Position numbers and translations under genes: made by a program
Origin: Nemertoderma westbladi
Lineage: Eukaryota; Animalia; Xenacoelomorpha
Direction of reading: 5' to 3'
DNA length: 64,000 nt
Assembly (NCBI GenBank): GCA_032718475.1
Contig: JAUCBJ010001179.1
Coordinates: 1 to 64,000, forward strand
The notes under the pieces: generated by a model
Databases searched by the model: none
Seen by the model: only the letters and a program-made list of their open reading frames with translations
Told to the model about the DNA's origin: nothing
Shown here: piece by piece, positions 39,994 through 53,679 of the stretch
How the letters are laid out: every line of letters starts with the position of its first letter
Position numbering within the stretch: the first letter of the stretch is position 1

Positions 39994-40784
39994 CTACTGT
40001 TCAATTTATTTTATAACGCTCTATAATCTTTTATTAAATAATTGAGCAATAAATAAGTACAGTAGTGTTACAAAATAAATTGAACTGTAGTATTTTACTA
40101 TATTGCTTCCATAGTTACTGCAATTCAATTTACTGTACTCTTCAACTCCTGATACCGCCTTTCTCAATGTTAAATAAATTAGTGTTATCGAATATTTATT
40201 ACGTAACTAGAGAGCCTCTTAACAATATAAACTAATATTGGATATGGAGTTCCGTTATGGAATTCGCCTTGCAGACACTAAATTTGCAATAACTTTTGAG
40301 TGTTTAAATGGATTTTGCTCAAATTACTTGCAAACCTTTTCTACTTCAGTGCCCTTTTAATACTTGCAACAAAATATAACAAATTCCACAAATGATTTTA
40401 TTTTACATTTTTCGCTGTGAAAAACTAAAATCAAAGCAATGATACTTTTTTTCCCTATAGGAAAAAAGTGCAACTTTTTCTCCCGATATTGGGGTAAATT
40501 CAAGTGAAAATGTAACAATTTAAGAATAAAAACTGTAAGGTTTTCGTATCCACGGAATCGACCTAAATTGAACTAAAATCAGCCAGATGTCCGTCCATTA
40601 ACTACATATATTTTTTAATAATCGGTATGAAATAATTACAAAAGGTAATAAAGCTAACAAAATAATAAATATACAAACTAGATAAATAAATACTGTATCA
40701 CAACACAATTCCGCCTCTTTCTTCAAGTCTTGCTGTTTATGGTAACCAGCTGACGGCGGCCAGACAATTCTTAGGTAACCATAA

Positions 40785-41052
40785 TTAGCTCCGGACCAAC
40801 AACCTAACAGTTCCTCTTAGTCTCTTCAACAATCGGACCACTTTATCATGGCCCATCCCGTGTAGACTCTTCCCGTTAACCGCGAGTATCTGGTTCCCCC
40901 GTCTCAATCTACCGTCGTCCACTGCCGCCCCCTTCGCGTAGACTGTCTTTACGTAGATAGGGAGGTTACCATGGGGACTGCCGTAACCGCCCACAATAGA
41001 GAATCCCAGACCCTGGGAACCCCGCTGGAGAGTTACCGTGGTAACCAAATCA
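40785..41052 (-). CDS. MPDZ: MPDZ-like terminal PDZ exon, copy 4 (intact)
   Basis: Same acceptor and same 87-aa translation as copy 1. Confidence 0.75.
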
Positions 41053-42573
41053 CTGAAAATAAAAGTTAGTTAGATTATATTTGATTTAACGAAAACTAAA
41101 GAACCTAAAAGGTTATTAAGACCAAGATGTTGCGATCAGTGACGATCTGATAAAAAAAAAGAAATTCAACTGACCCAGAATTTAACTGTTCGTGTTGTTT
41201 CTCAATATTGTCCAACTCCATCGTATCTTGACTTGACTGACTAACTTCTGTTGTTTTTGATTCTGCGAAATGAAATAGAAACAAATAAAATAGTCATCTA
41301 GAAATTCACTCAACTTCTTAGGAAGCCAACCACTTACACGAAATTATAAAGAAAGTCAATTAAATGAATACTGGATATAAACAAATAACTATGTTTATGA
41401 CTTATTGCTGTTTGTATTGCGTGTGTGTGTGTATGCCGAGTGTTTGTGGCTGTGGCATAGCGCGGCCTTCCAGTAAGTAGGCCGAGTTAATATACAATTA
41501 ATTTACATTTTAGAATGATAATCAACTAATAAACAAACAGCTGGGAAGCAGCACTACAAACTCGGATCGATTACTTTTTCCGTGTAATATATTTATAGCT
41601 TTATCAAAACCGGCAGTATAGGCCTACAGTGCCGCGCAATTACTGTGAAATGTTAAACAGTTTAGGATTCATTGAGTCAGCAAACATAAATAAATATTTA
41701 ACATATAAACCTGAAGGTAGGCCTGTAGGTGATTCCTCTTTGTAGTATCCCTAGGCCACGGATTCCAGAGGGGAGGACCACATTAATTCAGTCATTCTAG
41801 AACACAGACCCTGGGAATTGTATAATAATAAAATAATATAATAATATACATTGACTTTATCTAGTTCAGTTAGTTAATCTCAATCACAAAATAATAATAT
41901 ACACACACACTCATAATGAATTACCTTTGTAACAATAATTGTCTGTCCCAACTCTTTAATATTATTAAATTGCAAATGGCCGGCCGGTAATTCTTGTAAG
42001 GAATCCTGGAGAATGGACGGCTTCTTTATAATAATGCAGATACTATTCGTGAATAAAAACCAAACTGAACTCTAAGTAATAAGTTAAACCAGACCACCGA
42101 ACGAATTATTACAACAAAGCGAAAGTGTTAAAAGTTTAAAGAAAGTTTAAAGTGATAGAATTTGTGCAGAGCTATATTAATATATTTTCGGTGTCTATAA
42201 CACAACAAAGGTAACAAGTGTCTGGCCATTGACCTACATTGGAACTCACAACCACCCAACCCACCCACACAATGAACGAAGCACAGTACATTGTATGTCA
42301 GCCCGCCAGGCTGGCGCCTCCTACAACACACGCAGCTCGGCCACCTTGTCAATATTGGTTGTAAAATTCTCTTGTAATAATATTTTCGAAGTCAATAAAT
42401 AATTACACTTGAATTGCACTGTAGAGGGGTGGGGACGTGTTAGCGATGTCGCCCGGTGAATCTGAGCGTTTTTGGTGATCATTTCCTTAAAACATATTTT
42501 TTAAGCTCTATCTCGTGGTGTGGGTTAGAACGCGCGAAAGCGAAAATCGATGGTCATTTTTGAAAAAAATCGG

Positions 42574-45500
42574 AAGTTATTTGACAAAATTATGGCTAAT
42601 TTTGGGAAGGGCTTTTGTGTTGGCAATTTATTATTTAATACAGTTGAATATTTGGCTGATGTTAAGTTCATGAACCCGGGCAATTAAATTTAAATGACAA
42701 GTTATTTGACAAAATTATGGCTAATTTTGGGAAGGGCTTTTGTGTTGGCAATTTATTATTTAATACAGTTGAATATTTGGCTGATGTTAAGTTCATGAAC
42801 CCGGGCAATTAAATTTAAATGACAAGTTATTTGACAAAATTATGGCTAATTTTGGGAAGGGCTTTTGTGTTGGCAATTTATTATTTAATACAGTTGAATA
42901 TTTGGCTGATGTTAAGTTCATGAACCCGGGCAATTAAATTTAAATGACAAGTTATTTGACAAAATTATGGCTAATTTTGGGAAGGGCTTTTGTGTTGGCA
43001 ATTTATTATTTAATACAGTTGAATATTTGGCTGATGTTAAGTTCATGAACCCGGGCAATTAAATTTAAATGACAAGTTATTTGACAAAATTATGGCTAAT
43101 TTTGGGAAGGGCTTTTGTGTTGGCAATTTATTATTTAATACAGTTGAATATTTGGCTGATGTTAAGTTCATGAACCCGGGCAATTAAATTTAAATGACAA
43201 GTTATTTGACAAAATTATGGCTAATTTTGGGAAGGGCTTTTGTGTTGGCAATTTATTATTTAATACAGTTGAATATTTGGCTGATGTTAAGTTCATGAAC
43301 CCGGGCAATTAAATTTAAATGACAAGTTATTTGACAAAATTATGGCTAATTTTGGGAAGGGCTTTTGTGTTGGCAATTTATTATTTAATACAGTTGAATA
43401 TTTGGCTGATGTTAAGTTCATGAACCCGGGCAATTAAATTTAAATGACAAGTTATTTGACAAAATTATGGCTAATTTTGGGAAGGGCTTTTGTGTTGGCA
43501 ATTTATTATTTAATACAGTTGAATATTTGGCTGATGTTAAGTTCATGAACCCGGGCAATTAAATTTAAATGACAAGTTATTTGACAAAATTATGGCTAAT
43601 TTTGGGAAGGGCTTTTGTGTTGGCAATTTATTATTTAATACAGTTGAATATTTGGCTGATGTTAAGTTCATGAACCCGGGCAATTAAATTTAAATGACAA
43701 GTTATTTGACAAAATTATGGCTAATTTTGGGAAGGGCTTTTGTGTTGGCAATTTATTATTTAATACAGTTGAATATTTGGCTGATGTTAAGTTCATGAAC
43801 CCGGGCAATTAAATTTAAATGACAAGTTATTTGACAAAATTATGGCTAATTTTGGGAAGGGCTTTTGTGTTGGCAATTTATTATTTAATACAGTTGAATA
43901 TTTGGCTGATGTTAAGTTCATGAACCCGGGCAATTAAATTTAAATGACAAGTTATTTGACAAAATTATGGCTAATTTTGGGAAGGGCTTTTGTGTTGGCA
44001 ATTTATTATTTAATACAGTTGAATATTTGGCTGATGTTAAGTTCATGAACCCGGGCAATTAAATTTAAATGACAAGTTATTTGACAAAATTATGGCTAAT
44101 TTTGGGAAGGGCTTTTGTGTTGGCAATTTATTATTTAATACAGTTGAATATTTGGCTGATGTTAAGTTCATGAACCCGGGCAATTAAATTTAAATGACAA
44201 GTTATTTGACAAAATTATGGCTAATTTTGGGAAGGGCTTTTGTGTTGGCAATTTATTATTTAATACAGTTGAATATTTGGCTGATGTTAAGTTCATGAAC
44301 CCGGGCAATTAAATTTAAATGACAAGTTATTTGACAAAATTATGGCTAATTTTGGGAAGGGCTTTTGTGTTGGCAATTTATTATTTAATACAGTTGAATA
44401 TTTGGCTGATGTTAAGTTCATGAACCCGGGCAATTAAATTTAAATGACAAGTTATTTGACAAAATTATGGCTAATTTTGGGAAGGGCTTTTGTGTTGGCA
44501 ATTTATTATTTAATACAGTTGAATATTTGGCTGATGTTAAGTTCATGAACCCGGGCAATTAAATTTAAATGACAAGTTATTTGACAAAATTATGGCTAAT
44601 TTTGGGAAGGGCTTTTGTGTTGGCAATTTATTATTTAATACAGTTGAATATTTGGCTGATGTTAAGTTCATGAACCCGGGCAATTAAATTTAAATGACAA
44701 GTTATTTGACAAAATTATGGCTAATTTTGGGAAGGGCTTTTGTGTTGGCAATTTATTATTTAATACAGTTGAATATTTGGCTGATGTTAAGTTCATGAAC
44801 CCGGGCAATTAAATTTAAATGACAAGTTATTTGACAAAATTATGGCTAATTTTGGGAAGGGCTTTTGTGTTGGCAATTTATTATTTAATACAGTTGAATA
44901 TTTGGCTGATGTTAAGTTCATGAACCCGGGCAATTAAATTTAAATGACAAGTTATTTGACAAAATTATGGCTAATTTTGGGAAGGGCTTTTGTGTTGGCA
45001 ATTTATTATTTAATACAGTTGAATATTTGGCTGATGTTAAGTTCATGAACCCGGGCAATTAAATTTAAATGACAAGTTATTTGACAAAATTATGGCTAAT
45101 TTTGGGAAGGGCTTTTGTGTTGGCAATTTATTATTTAATACAGTTGAATATTTGGCTGATGTTAAGTTCATGAACCCGGGCAATTAAATTTAAATGACAA
45201 GTTATTTGACAAAATTATGGCTAATTTTGGGAAGGGCTTTTGTGTTGGCAATTTATTATTTAATACAGTTGAATATTTGGCTGATGTTAAGTTCATGAAC
45301 CCGGGCAATTAAATTTAAATGACAAGTTATTTGACAAAATTATGGCTAATTTTGGGAAGGGCTTTTGTGTTGGCAATTTATTATTTAATACAGTTGAATA
45401 TTTGGCTGATGTTAAGTTCATGAACCCGGGCAATTAAATTTAAATGACAAGTTATTTGACAAAATTATGGCTAATTTTGGGAAGGGCTTTTGTGTTGGCA

Positions 45501-48500
45501 ATTTATTATTTAATACAGTTGAATATTTGGCTGATGTTAAGTTCATGAACCCGGGCAATTAAATTTAAATGACAAGTTATTTGACAAAATTATGGCTAAT
45601 TTTGGGAAGGGCTTTTGTGTTGGCAATTTATTATTTAATACAGTTGAATATTTGGCTGATGTTAAGTTCATGAACCCGGGCAATTAAATTTAAATGACAA
45701 GTTATTTGACAAAATTATGGCTAATTTTGGGAAGGGCTTTTGTGTTGGCAATTTATTATTTAATACAGTTGAATATTTGGCTGATGTTAAGTTCATGAAC
45801 CCGGGCAATTAAATTTAAATGACAAGTTATTTGACAAAATTATGGCTAATTTTGGGAAGGGCTTTTGTGTTGGCAATTTATTATTTAATACAGTTGAATA
45901 TTTGGCTGATGTTAAGTTCATGAACCCGGGCAATTAAATTTAAATGACAAGTTATTTGACAAAATTATGGCTAATTTTGGGAAGGGCTTTTGTGTTGGCA
46001 ATTTATTATTTAATACAGTTGAATATTTGGCTGATGTTAAGTTCATGAACCCGGGCAATTAAATTTAAATGACAAGTTATTTGACAAAATTATGGCTAAT
46101 TTTGGGAAGGGCTTTTGTGTTGGCAATTTATTATTTAATACAGTTGAATATTTGGCTGATGTTAAGTTCATGAACCCGGGCAATTAAATTTAAATGACAA
46201 GTTATTTGACAAAATTATGGCTAATTTTGGGAAGGGCTTTTGTGTTGGCAATTTATTATTTAATACAGTTGAATATTTGGCTGATGTTAAGTTCATGAAC
46301 CCGGGCAATTAAATTTAAATGACAAGTTATTTGACAAAATTATGGCTAATTTTGGGAAGGGCTTTTGTGTTGGCAATTTATTATTTAATACAGTTGAATA
46401 TTTGGCTGATGTTAAGTTCATGAACCCGGGCAATTAAATTTAAATGACAAGTTATTTGACAAAATTATGGCTAATTTTGGGAAGGGCTTTTGTGTTGGCA
46501 ATTTATTATTTAATACAGTTGAATATTTGGCTGATGTTAAGTTCATGAACCCGGGCAATTAAATTTAAATGACAAGTTATTTGACAAAATTATGGCTAAT
46601 TTTGGGAAGGGCTTTTGTGTTGGCAATTTATTATTTAATACAGTTGAATATTTGGCTGATGTTAAGTTCATGAACCCGGGCAATTAAATTTAAATGACAA
46701 GTTATTTGACAAAATTATGGCTAATTTTGGGAAGGGCTTTTGTGTTGGCAATTTATTATTTAATACAGTTGAATATTTGGCTGATGTTAAGTTCATGAAC
46801 CCGGGCAATTAAATTTAAATGACAAGTTATTTGACAAAATTATGGCTAATTTTGGGAAGGGCTTTTGTGTTGGCAATTTATTATTTAATACAGTTGAATA
46901 TTTGGCTGATGTTAAGTTCATGAACCCGGGCAATTAAATTTAAATGACAAGTTATTTGACAAAATTATGGCTAATTTTGGGAAGGGCTTTTGTGTTGGCA
47001 ATTTATTATTTAATACAGTTGAATATTTGGCTGATGTTAAGTTCATGAACCCGGGCAATTAAATTTAAATGACAAGTTATTTGACAAAATTATGGCTAAT
47101 TTTGGGAAGGGCTTTTGTGTTGGCAATTTATTATTTAATACAGTTGAATATTTGGCTGATGTTAAGTTCATGAACCCGGGCAATTAAATTTAAATGACAA
47201 GTTATTTGACAAAATTATGGCTAATTTTGGGAAGGGCTTTTGTGTTGGCAATTTATTATTTAATACAGTTGAATATTTGGCTGATGTTAAGTTCATGAAC
47301 CCGGGCAATTAAATTTAAATGACAAGTTATTTGACAAAATTATGGCTAATTTTGGGAAGGGCTTTTGTGTTGGCAATTTATTATTTAATACAGTTGAATA
47401 TTTGGCTGATGTTAAGTTCATGAACCCGGGCAATTAAATTTAAATGACAAGTTATTTGACAAAATTATGGCTAATTTTGGGAAGGGCTTTTGTGTTGGCA
47501 ATTTATTATTTAATACAGTTGAATATTTGGCTGATGTTAAGTTCATGAACCCGGGCAATTAAATTTAAATGACAAGTTATTTGACAAAATTATGGCTAAT
47601 TTTGGGAAGGGCTTTTGTGTTGGCAATTTATTATTTAATACAGTTGAATATTTGGCTGATGTTAAGTTCATGAACCCGGGCAATTAAATTTAAATGACAA
47701 GTTATTTGACAAAATTATGGCTAATTTTGGGAAGGGCTTTTGTGTTGGCAATTTATTATTTAATACAGTTGAATATTTGGCTGATGTTAAGTTCATGAAC
47801 CCGGGCAATTAAATTTAAATGACAAGTTATTTGACAAAATTATGGCTAATTTTGGGAAGGGCTTTTGTGTTGGCAATTTATTATTTAATACAGTTGAATA
47901 TTTGGCTGATGTTAAGTTCATGAACCCGGGCAATTAAATTTAAATGACAAGTTATTTGACAAAATTATGGCTAATTTTGGGAAGGGCTTTTGTGTTGGCA
48001 ATTTATTATTTAATACAGTTGAATATTTGGCTGATGTTAAGTTCATGAACCCGGGCAATTAAATTTAAATGACAAGTTATTTGACAAAATTATGGCTAAT
48101 TTTGGGAAGGGCTTTTGTGTTGGCAATTTATTATTTAATACAGTTGAATATTTGGCTGATGTTAAGTTCATGAACCCGGGCAATTAAATTTAAATGACAA
48201 GTTATTTGACAAAATTATGGCTAATTTTGGGAAGGGCTTTTGTGTTGGCAATTTATTATTTAATACAGTTGAATATTTGGCTGATGTTAAGTTCATGAAC
48301 CCGGGCAATTAAATTTAAATGACAAGTTATTTGACAAAATTATGGCTAATTTTGGGAAGGGCTTTTGTGTTGGCAATTTATTATTTAATACAGTTGAATA
48401 TTTGGCTGATGTTAAGTTCATGAACCCGGGCAATTAAATTTAAATGACAAGTTATTTGACAAAATTATGGCTAATTTTGGGAAGGGCTTTTGTGTTGGCA

Positions 48501-49252
48501 ATTTATTATTTAATACAGTTGAATATTTGGCTGATGTTAAGTTCATGAACCCGGGCAATTAAATTTAAATGACAAGTTATTTGACAAAATTATGGCTAAT
48601 TTTGGGAAGGGCTTTTGTGTTGGCAATTTATTATTTAATACAGTTGAATATTTGGCTGATGTTAAGTTCATGAACCCGGGCAATTAAATTTAAATGACAA
48701 GTTATTTGACAAAATTATGGCTAATTTTGGGAAGGGCTTTTGTGTTGGCAATTTATTATTTAATACAGTTGAATATTTGGCTGATGTTAAGTTCATGAAC
48801 CCGGGCAATTAAATTTAAATGACAAGTTATTTGACAAAATTATGGCTAATTTTGGGAAGGGCTTTTGTGTTGGCAATTTATTATTTAATACAGTTGAATA
48901 TTTGGCTGATGTTAAGTTCATGAACCCGGGCAATTAAATTTAAATGACAAGTTATTTGACAAAATTATGGCTAATTTTGGGAAGGGCTTTTGTGTTGGCA
49001 ATTTATTATTTAATACAGTTGAATATTTGGCTGATGTTAAGTTCATGAACCCGGGCAATTAAATTTAAATGACAAGTTATTTGACAAAATTATGGCTAAT
49101 TTTGGGAAGGGCTTTTGTGTTGGCAATTTATTATTTAATACAGTTGAATATTTGGCTGATGTTAAGTTCATGAACCCGGGCAATTAAATTTAAATGACAA
49201 GTTATTTGACAAAATTATGGCTAATTTTGGGAAGGGCTTTTGTGTTGGCAAT
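42574..49252. repeat. 125-bp satellite array, unit 4 (~53 copies, apparently identical)
   Basis: TATGGC from 42591 to 49216 equals 53 x 125. Confidence 0.97.
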
Positions 49253-49290
49253 CCAATTTAAATGAAAGGTGTTCTTCGGATAATTTGAAT

Positions 49291-51706
49291 TAATAACGAG
49301 TGCACTGCATAACGGCGCAGTGCACTTAATAACGAGTGCACTGCATAACGGCGCAGTGCACTTAATAACGAGTGCCCTACATAACGGCGCAGTGCACTTA
49401 ATAACGAGTGCCCTACATAACGGCACAGTGCACTTAATAACGAGTGCCCTACATAACGACACAGTGCACTTTATAACGGCGCAGTGCACTTCATAAAGGT
49501 GTAGTGCACTTCATAAAGGTGTTAGTAATGCACTTCATAACGATGCAGTGCACTAAATGTTATATGCTTTTCTATATGCTATGATATATGTTATATGTTA
49601 TGCTATATGCTATATGTTATATGTTATATGTTATGCTATACTACATGCTATGCTATATGCTATATGTTATATGTTATATGTTATATGATATGCTATAGTA
49701 CATGCTATGCTATATGCTTTATGTTATATGCTATATGATATATGCTATATGCTATGCTATATGCTATATGCGATTTGCTATAAGCTATATGTTATATGTG
49801 ATGCTATAGTACATGCTATGCTATATGCTATGCTATATGCTATGCTATATGCTATGCTATGCTATATGCTATGCTATATGCTATGCTATATGCTATGCTA
49901 TATGCTATGCTATATGCTATGCTATATGCTATGCTATATGCTATGCTATATGCTATGCTATATGCTATGCTATATGCTATGCTATATGCTATGCTATATG
50001 CTATGCTATATGCTATGCTATATGCTATGCTATATGCTATGCTATATGCTATGCTATATGCTATGCTATATGCTATGCTATATGCTATGCTATATGCTAT
50101 GCTATATGCTATGCTATATGCTATGCTATATGCTATGCTATATGCTATGCTATATGCTATGCTATATGCTATGCTATATGCTATGCTATATGCTATGCTA
50201 TATGCTATGCTATATGCTATGCTATATGCTATGCTATATGCTATGCTATATGCTATGCTATATGCTATGCTATATGTTATGCTATATGCTATGCTATATG
50301 CTATGCTATATGCTATGCTATATGCTATGCTATATGCTATGCTATATGCTATGCTATATGCTATGCTATATGCTATGCTATATGCTATGCTATATGCTAT
50401 GCTATATGCTATGCTATATGCTATGCTATATGCTATGCTATATGCTATGCTATATGCTATGCTATATGCTATGCTATATGCTATGCTATATGCTATGCTA
50501 TATGCTATATGCTATGCTACATGCTATATGCGATTTGCTATAAGCTATATGTTATATGTTATGCTATAGTACATGCTATGCTATATGCTATGCTATATAC
50601 TATTCTATATGCTATGCTATATGCTATGCTATATGCTATGCTATATGCTATGCTATATGCTATGCTATATGCTATGCTATATGCTATGCTATATGCTATG
50701 CTATATGATATGCTATATGCTATGCTATATGCTATGCTATATGTTATATGTTATGCTATAGTACATGCTATGCTATATGCTTTATGTTATATGTTATATG
50801 CTATATGCTATATGCTATATGCTATATGCTATATGATATATGCTATATGCTATATGCTATGCTATATGCTATAATCTATTTGCTATAAGCTATATGTTAT
50901 ATGTAATGTTATAGTACATGCTATGATATAGGCTATATGCTATATGCTATGCTATATGCTATGCTATATGCTATGCTACATGCTATGCTATATGCTATAT
51001 GCTATATGCGATTTGCTATAAGCTATATGTTATATGTTATGATATAGTACATGCTATGCTATATGCTTTATGCTATATGCTATGTTATATGCTATTCTAT
51101 ATGCTATGCTATATGCTATGCTATGCTATATGCTATGCTATATGCTATGCTATATGCTATGCTATATGCTATGCTATATGCTATGCTATATGCTATGCTA
51201 TATGCTATATGCTATGCTATACGCTATGCTATATGCTATGCTATATGCTATGCTATATGCTATGCTATATGCTATGCTATACGCTATGCTATACGCTATG
51301 CTATACGCTATGCTATGATATGCTATGCTATGCTATGCTGGGCTATGCTATGCTATGCTATGCTATGCTATGCTATGCTATGCTATGCTATGCTATGCTA
51401 TGTTATGCTATGCTATGATATGCTATGTTATGCTATGCTATGCTATGTTATGCTATGCTATCCTATGCTGTGCTATGCTATGCTTTGCTATGCTATGCTA
51501 TGCTATGATATGATATGCTATGTTATGCTATGCTATGCTATGCTATGTTATGCTATGCTATGCTATGCTATGCTATGCTATGCTTTGCTATGCTATGCTA
51601 TGCTATGCTATGCTATGCTATGCTATGCTATGCTATGCTATGCTATGCTATGCTATGCTATGCTATGCTATGCTATGCTATGCTATGCTATGCTATGCTA
51701 TGCTAT
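49291..51706. repeat. 36-bp minisatellite (to ~49556) followed by a 12-bp/5-bp ATGCT compound microsatellite, unit 4
   Basis: Long near-pure (GCTATATGCTAT)n run at ~49860-50500 and a pentamer run at the end. Confidence 0.95.
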
Positions 51707-53670
51707 GTTTGTCAAAATGTCATTTTGAAGTTTTGACATGTCATTTTGCAAAAATGTCATTTTCAAAATGAAATTATGAAATGTCATTTTGTCAAAATGT
51801 CAATGTGTCAATATGTCACTTTCAAATTGACACTTTGACATGTCTTTTTGTCAAAATGTCACTTTCGAATTGACATTTTGATGTGTCATTTTGCCAAAAT
51901 GTCACTTTCAAATTGACACTTTGACATGTCTTTTTGTGAAAATGTCACTTTCTAATTGACACTTTGACATGTCATTTTGTCAAAATGTCACTTTCAAATT
52001 GACACTTCACATGTCTTTTTGTCAAAATGTCACCTTCGAATTGACATTTCGATGTGTCATTTTGTCAAAATGTCACTTTCAAATTGACACTTCACATGTC
52101 TTTTTGTCAAAATGTCACCTTCGAATTGACATTTCGATGTGTCATTTTGCCAAAATGTCACTTTCAAATTGACACTTTGACATGTCTTTATGTGAAAATG
52201 TCACTTTCTAATTGACACTTTGACATGTCATTTTGTCAAAATGTCACTTTCGAATTGACATTATAACATGTGTCATTTTGTCAAAATGTCATTGTGTCAA
52301 AATGTCACTTGACATGTCATTTTGCCTAAATGTCATTTTTAAATTGACATTTGACATTTTGACATGTCATTTTGCCAAAATGTCATTTTCAAATTGACAT
52401 TTTGACATGTCAGTTTGCCAAAATGTCATTTTGAAAATGCATTTTCAAATTGACATTTTGACATGTCATTTTACCAAAATGTCATTTTGAAATTGACATT
52501 TTGACATTTGACATTTTGACATGTCATTTTGCCAAAATGTCATTTTTAAATTGACATTTTGACATGTTATTTTGCCAAAATGTCATATTCAAATTGACAT
52601 TTTGACATGTCATTTTGCCAAAATGCTTTTTCATATTGACATTTTGACATGTCATTTTGCCAAAATGTCATTTTGAAAATGCATTTTCAAATTGACATTT
52701 TGACATGTCATTTTACCAAAATGTCATTTTGAAATTGACATTTTGACATGTCATTTTGCCAAAATGTCATTTTGAAATTGACATTTTGACATGTCATTTT
52801 GCCAAAATGATATTTTGAAAATGCATTTTCAAATTGACATTTTGACATGTCATTTTGCCAAAATGTCATTTTGAAATTGATATTTTGACATGTCATTTTG
52901 TCAAAATGTCATTTTGAAATTGACATTTTGACATGTCATTTTGCCAAAATGTCATTTTTAAATTGACATTTGACATTTTGACATGTCATTTTGCCAAAAT
53001 TTCATTTACAAATTGACATTTTGACATGTCATTTTGGCAAAATGTCATTTTCAAATTGTTATTTTGTCATTTTGTCGAAATGTCATTTTGAAATTGACAT
53101 TTTGACATGTCATTTTGCCAAAATGTCATTTTAAATTGACATTTGACATTTTGACATGTCATTTTGCCAAAATGTCATTTTGAAATTGACATTTTGACAT
53201 GTCATTTTGCCAAAATGTCATTTTTAAATTGACATTTGACATTTTGACATGTCATTTTGCCAAAATTTCATTTACAAATTGACATTTTGACATGTCATTT
53301 TGGCAAAATGTCATTTTCAAATTGACATTTTGTCATTTTGTCGAAATGTCATTTTGAAATTGACATTTTGACATGTCATTTTGCCAAAATGTCATTTTAA
53401 ATTGACATTTGACATTTTGACATGTCATTTTGCCAAAATGTCCTCATTTTAAAATTGACATTTTGACATGTCATTTTGCCAAAATGTCATTTTGAAACTG
53501 ACATTTTGACATGTCATTTTGCCAAAATGTCATTTTTAAATTGACATTTGACATTTTGACATGTCATTTTGCCAAAATTTCATTTACAAATTGACATTTT
53601 GACATGTCATTTTGGCAAAATGTCATTTTCAAATTGTCATTTTGTCATTTTGTCGAAATGTCATTTTGAT
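51707..53670. repeat. ~43-bp palindrome-rich satellite, unit 4
   Basis: CACTTTC subtype first, then CATTTT subtype. Confidence 0.95.
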
Positions 53671-53679
53671 TAGATAGAT

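Noticed and set aside
41623-41632. CTACAGTGC as a possible inverted partner of the CACTGTAG leader at 42417
   Set aside because: Only ~9 bp match, on the wrong side of the leader to enclose the satellite train, and overlapping a common TAGGCCTAC motif.
15877-49489. Repeated VIKCTAPLCRAL ORFs (15877, 31187, 49202)
   Set aside because: Translations of the 36-bp minisatellite with non-ATG starts; no evidence of coding function.
16180-51706. Telomeric repeat interpretation of (ATGCT)n
   Set aside because: It lacks the G-rich strand of known telomerase repeats and sits at a fixed internal position in each unit.
16171-51771. Many ORFs of the type MLCYAMLCYA... / MLYAMLYA...
   Set aside because: They are translations of the ATGCT microsatellites, open in several frames only because the repeat lacks stops.
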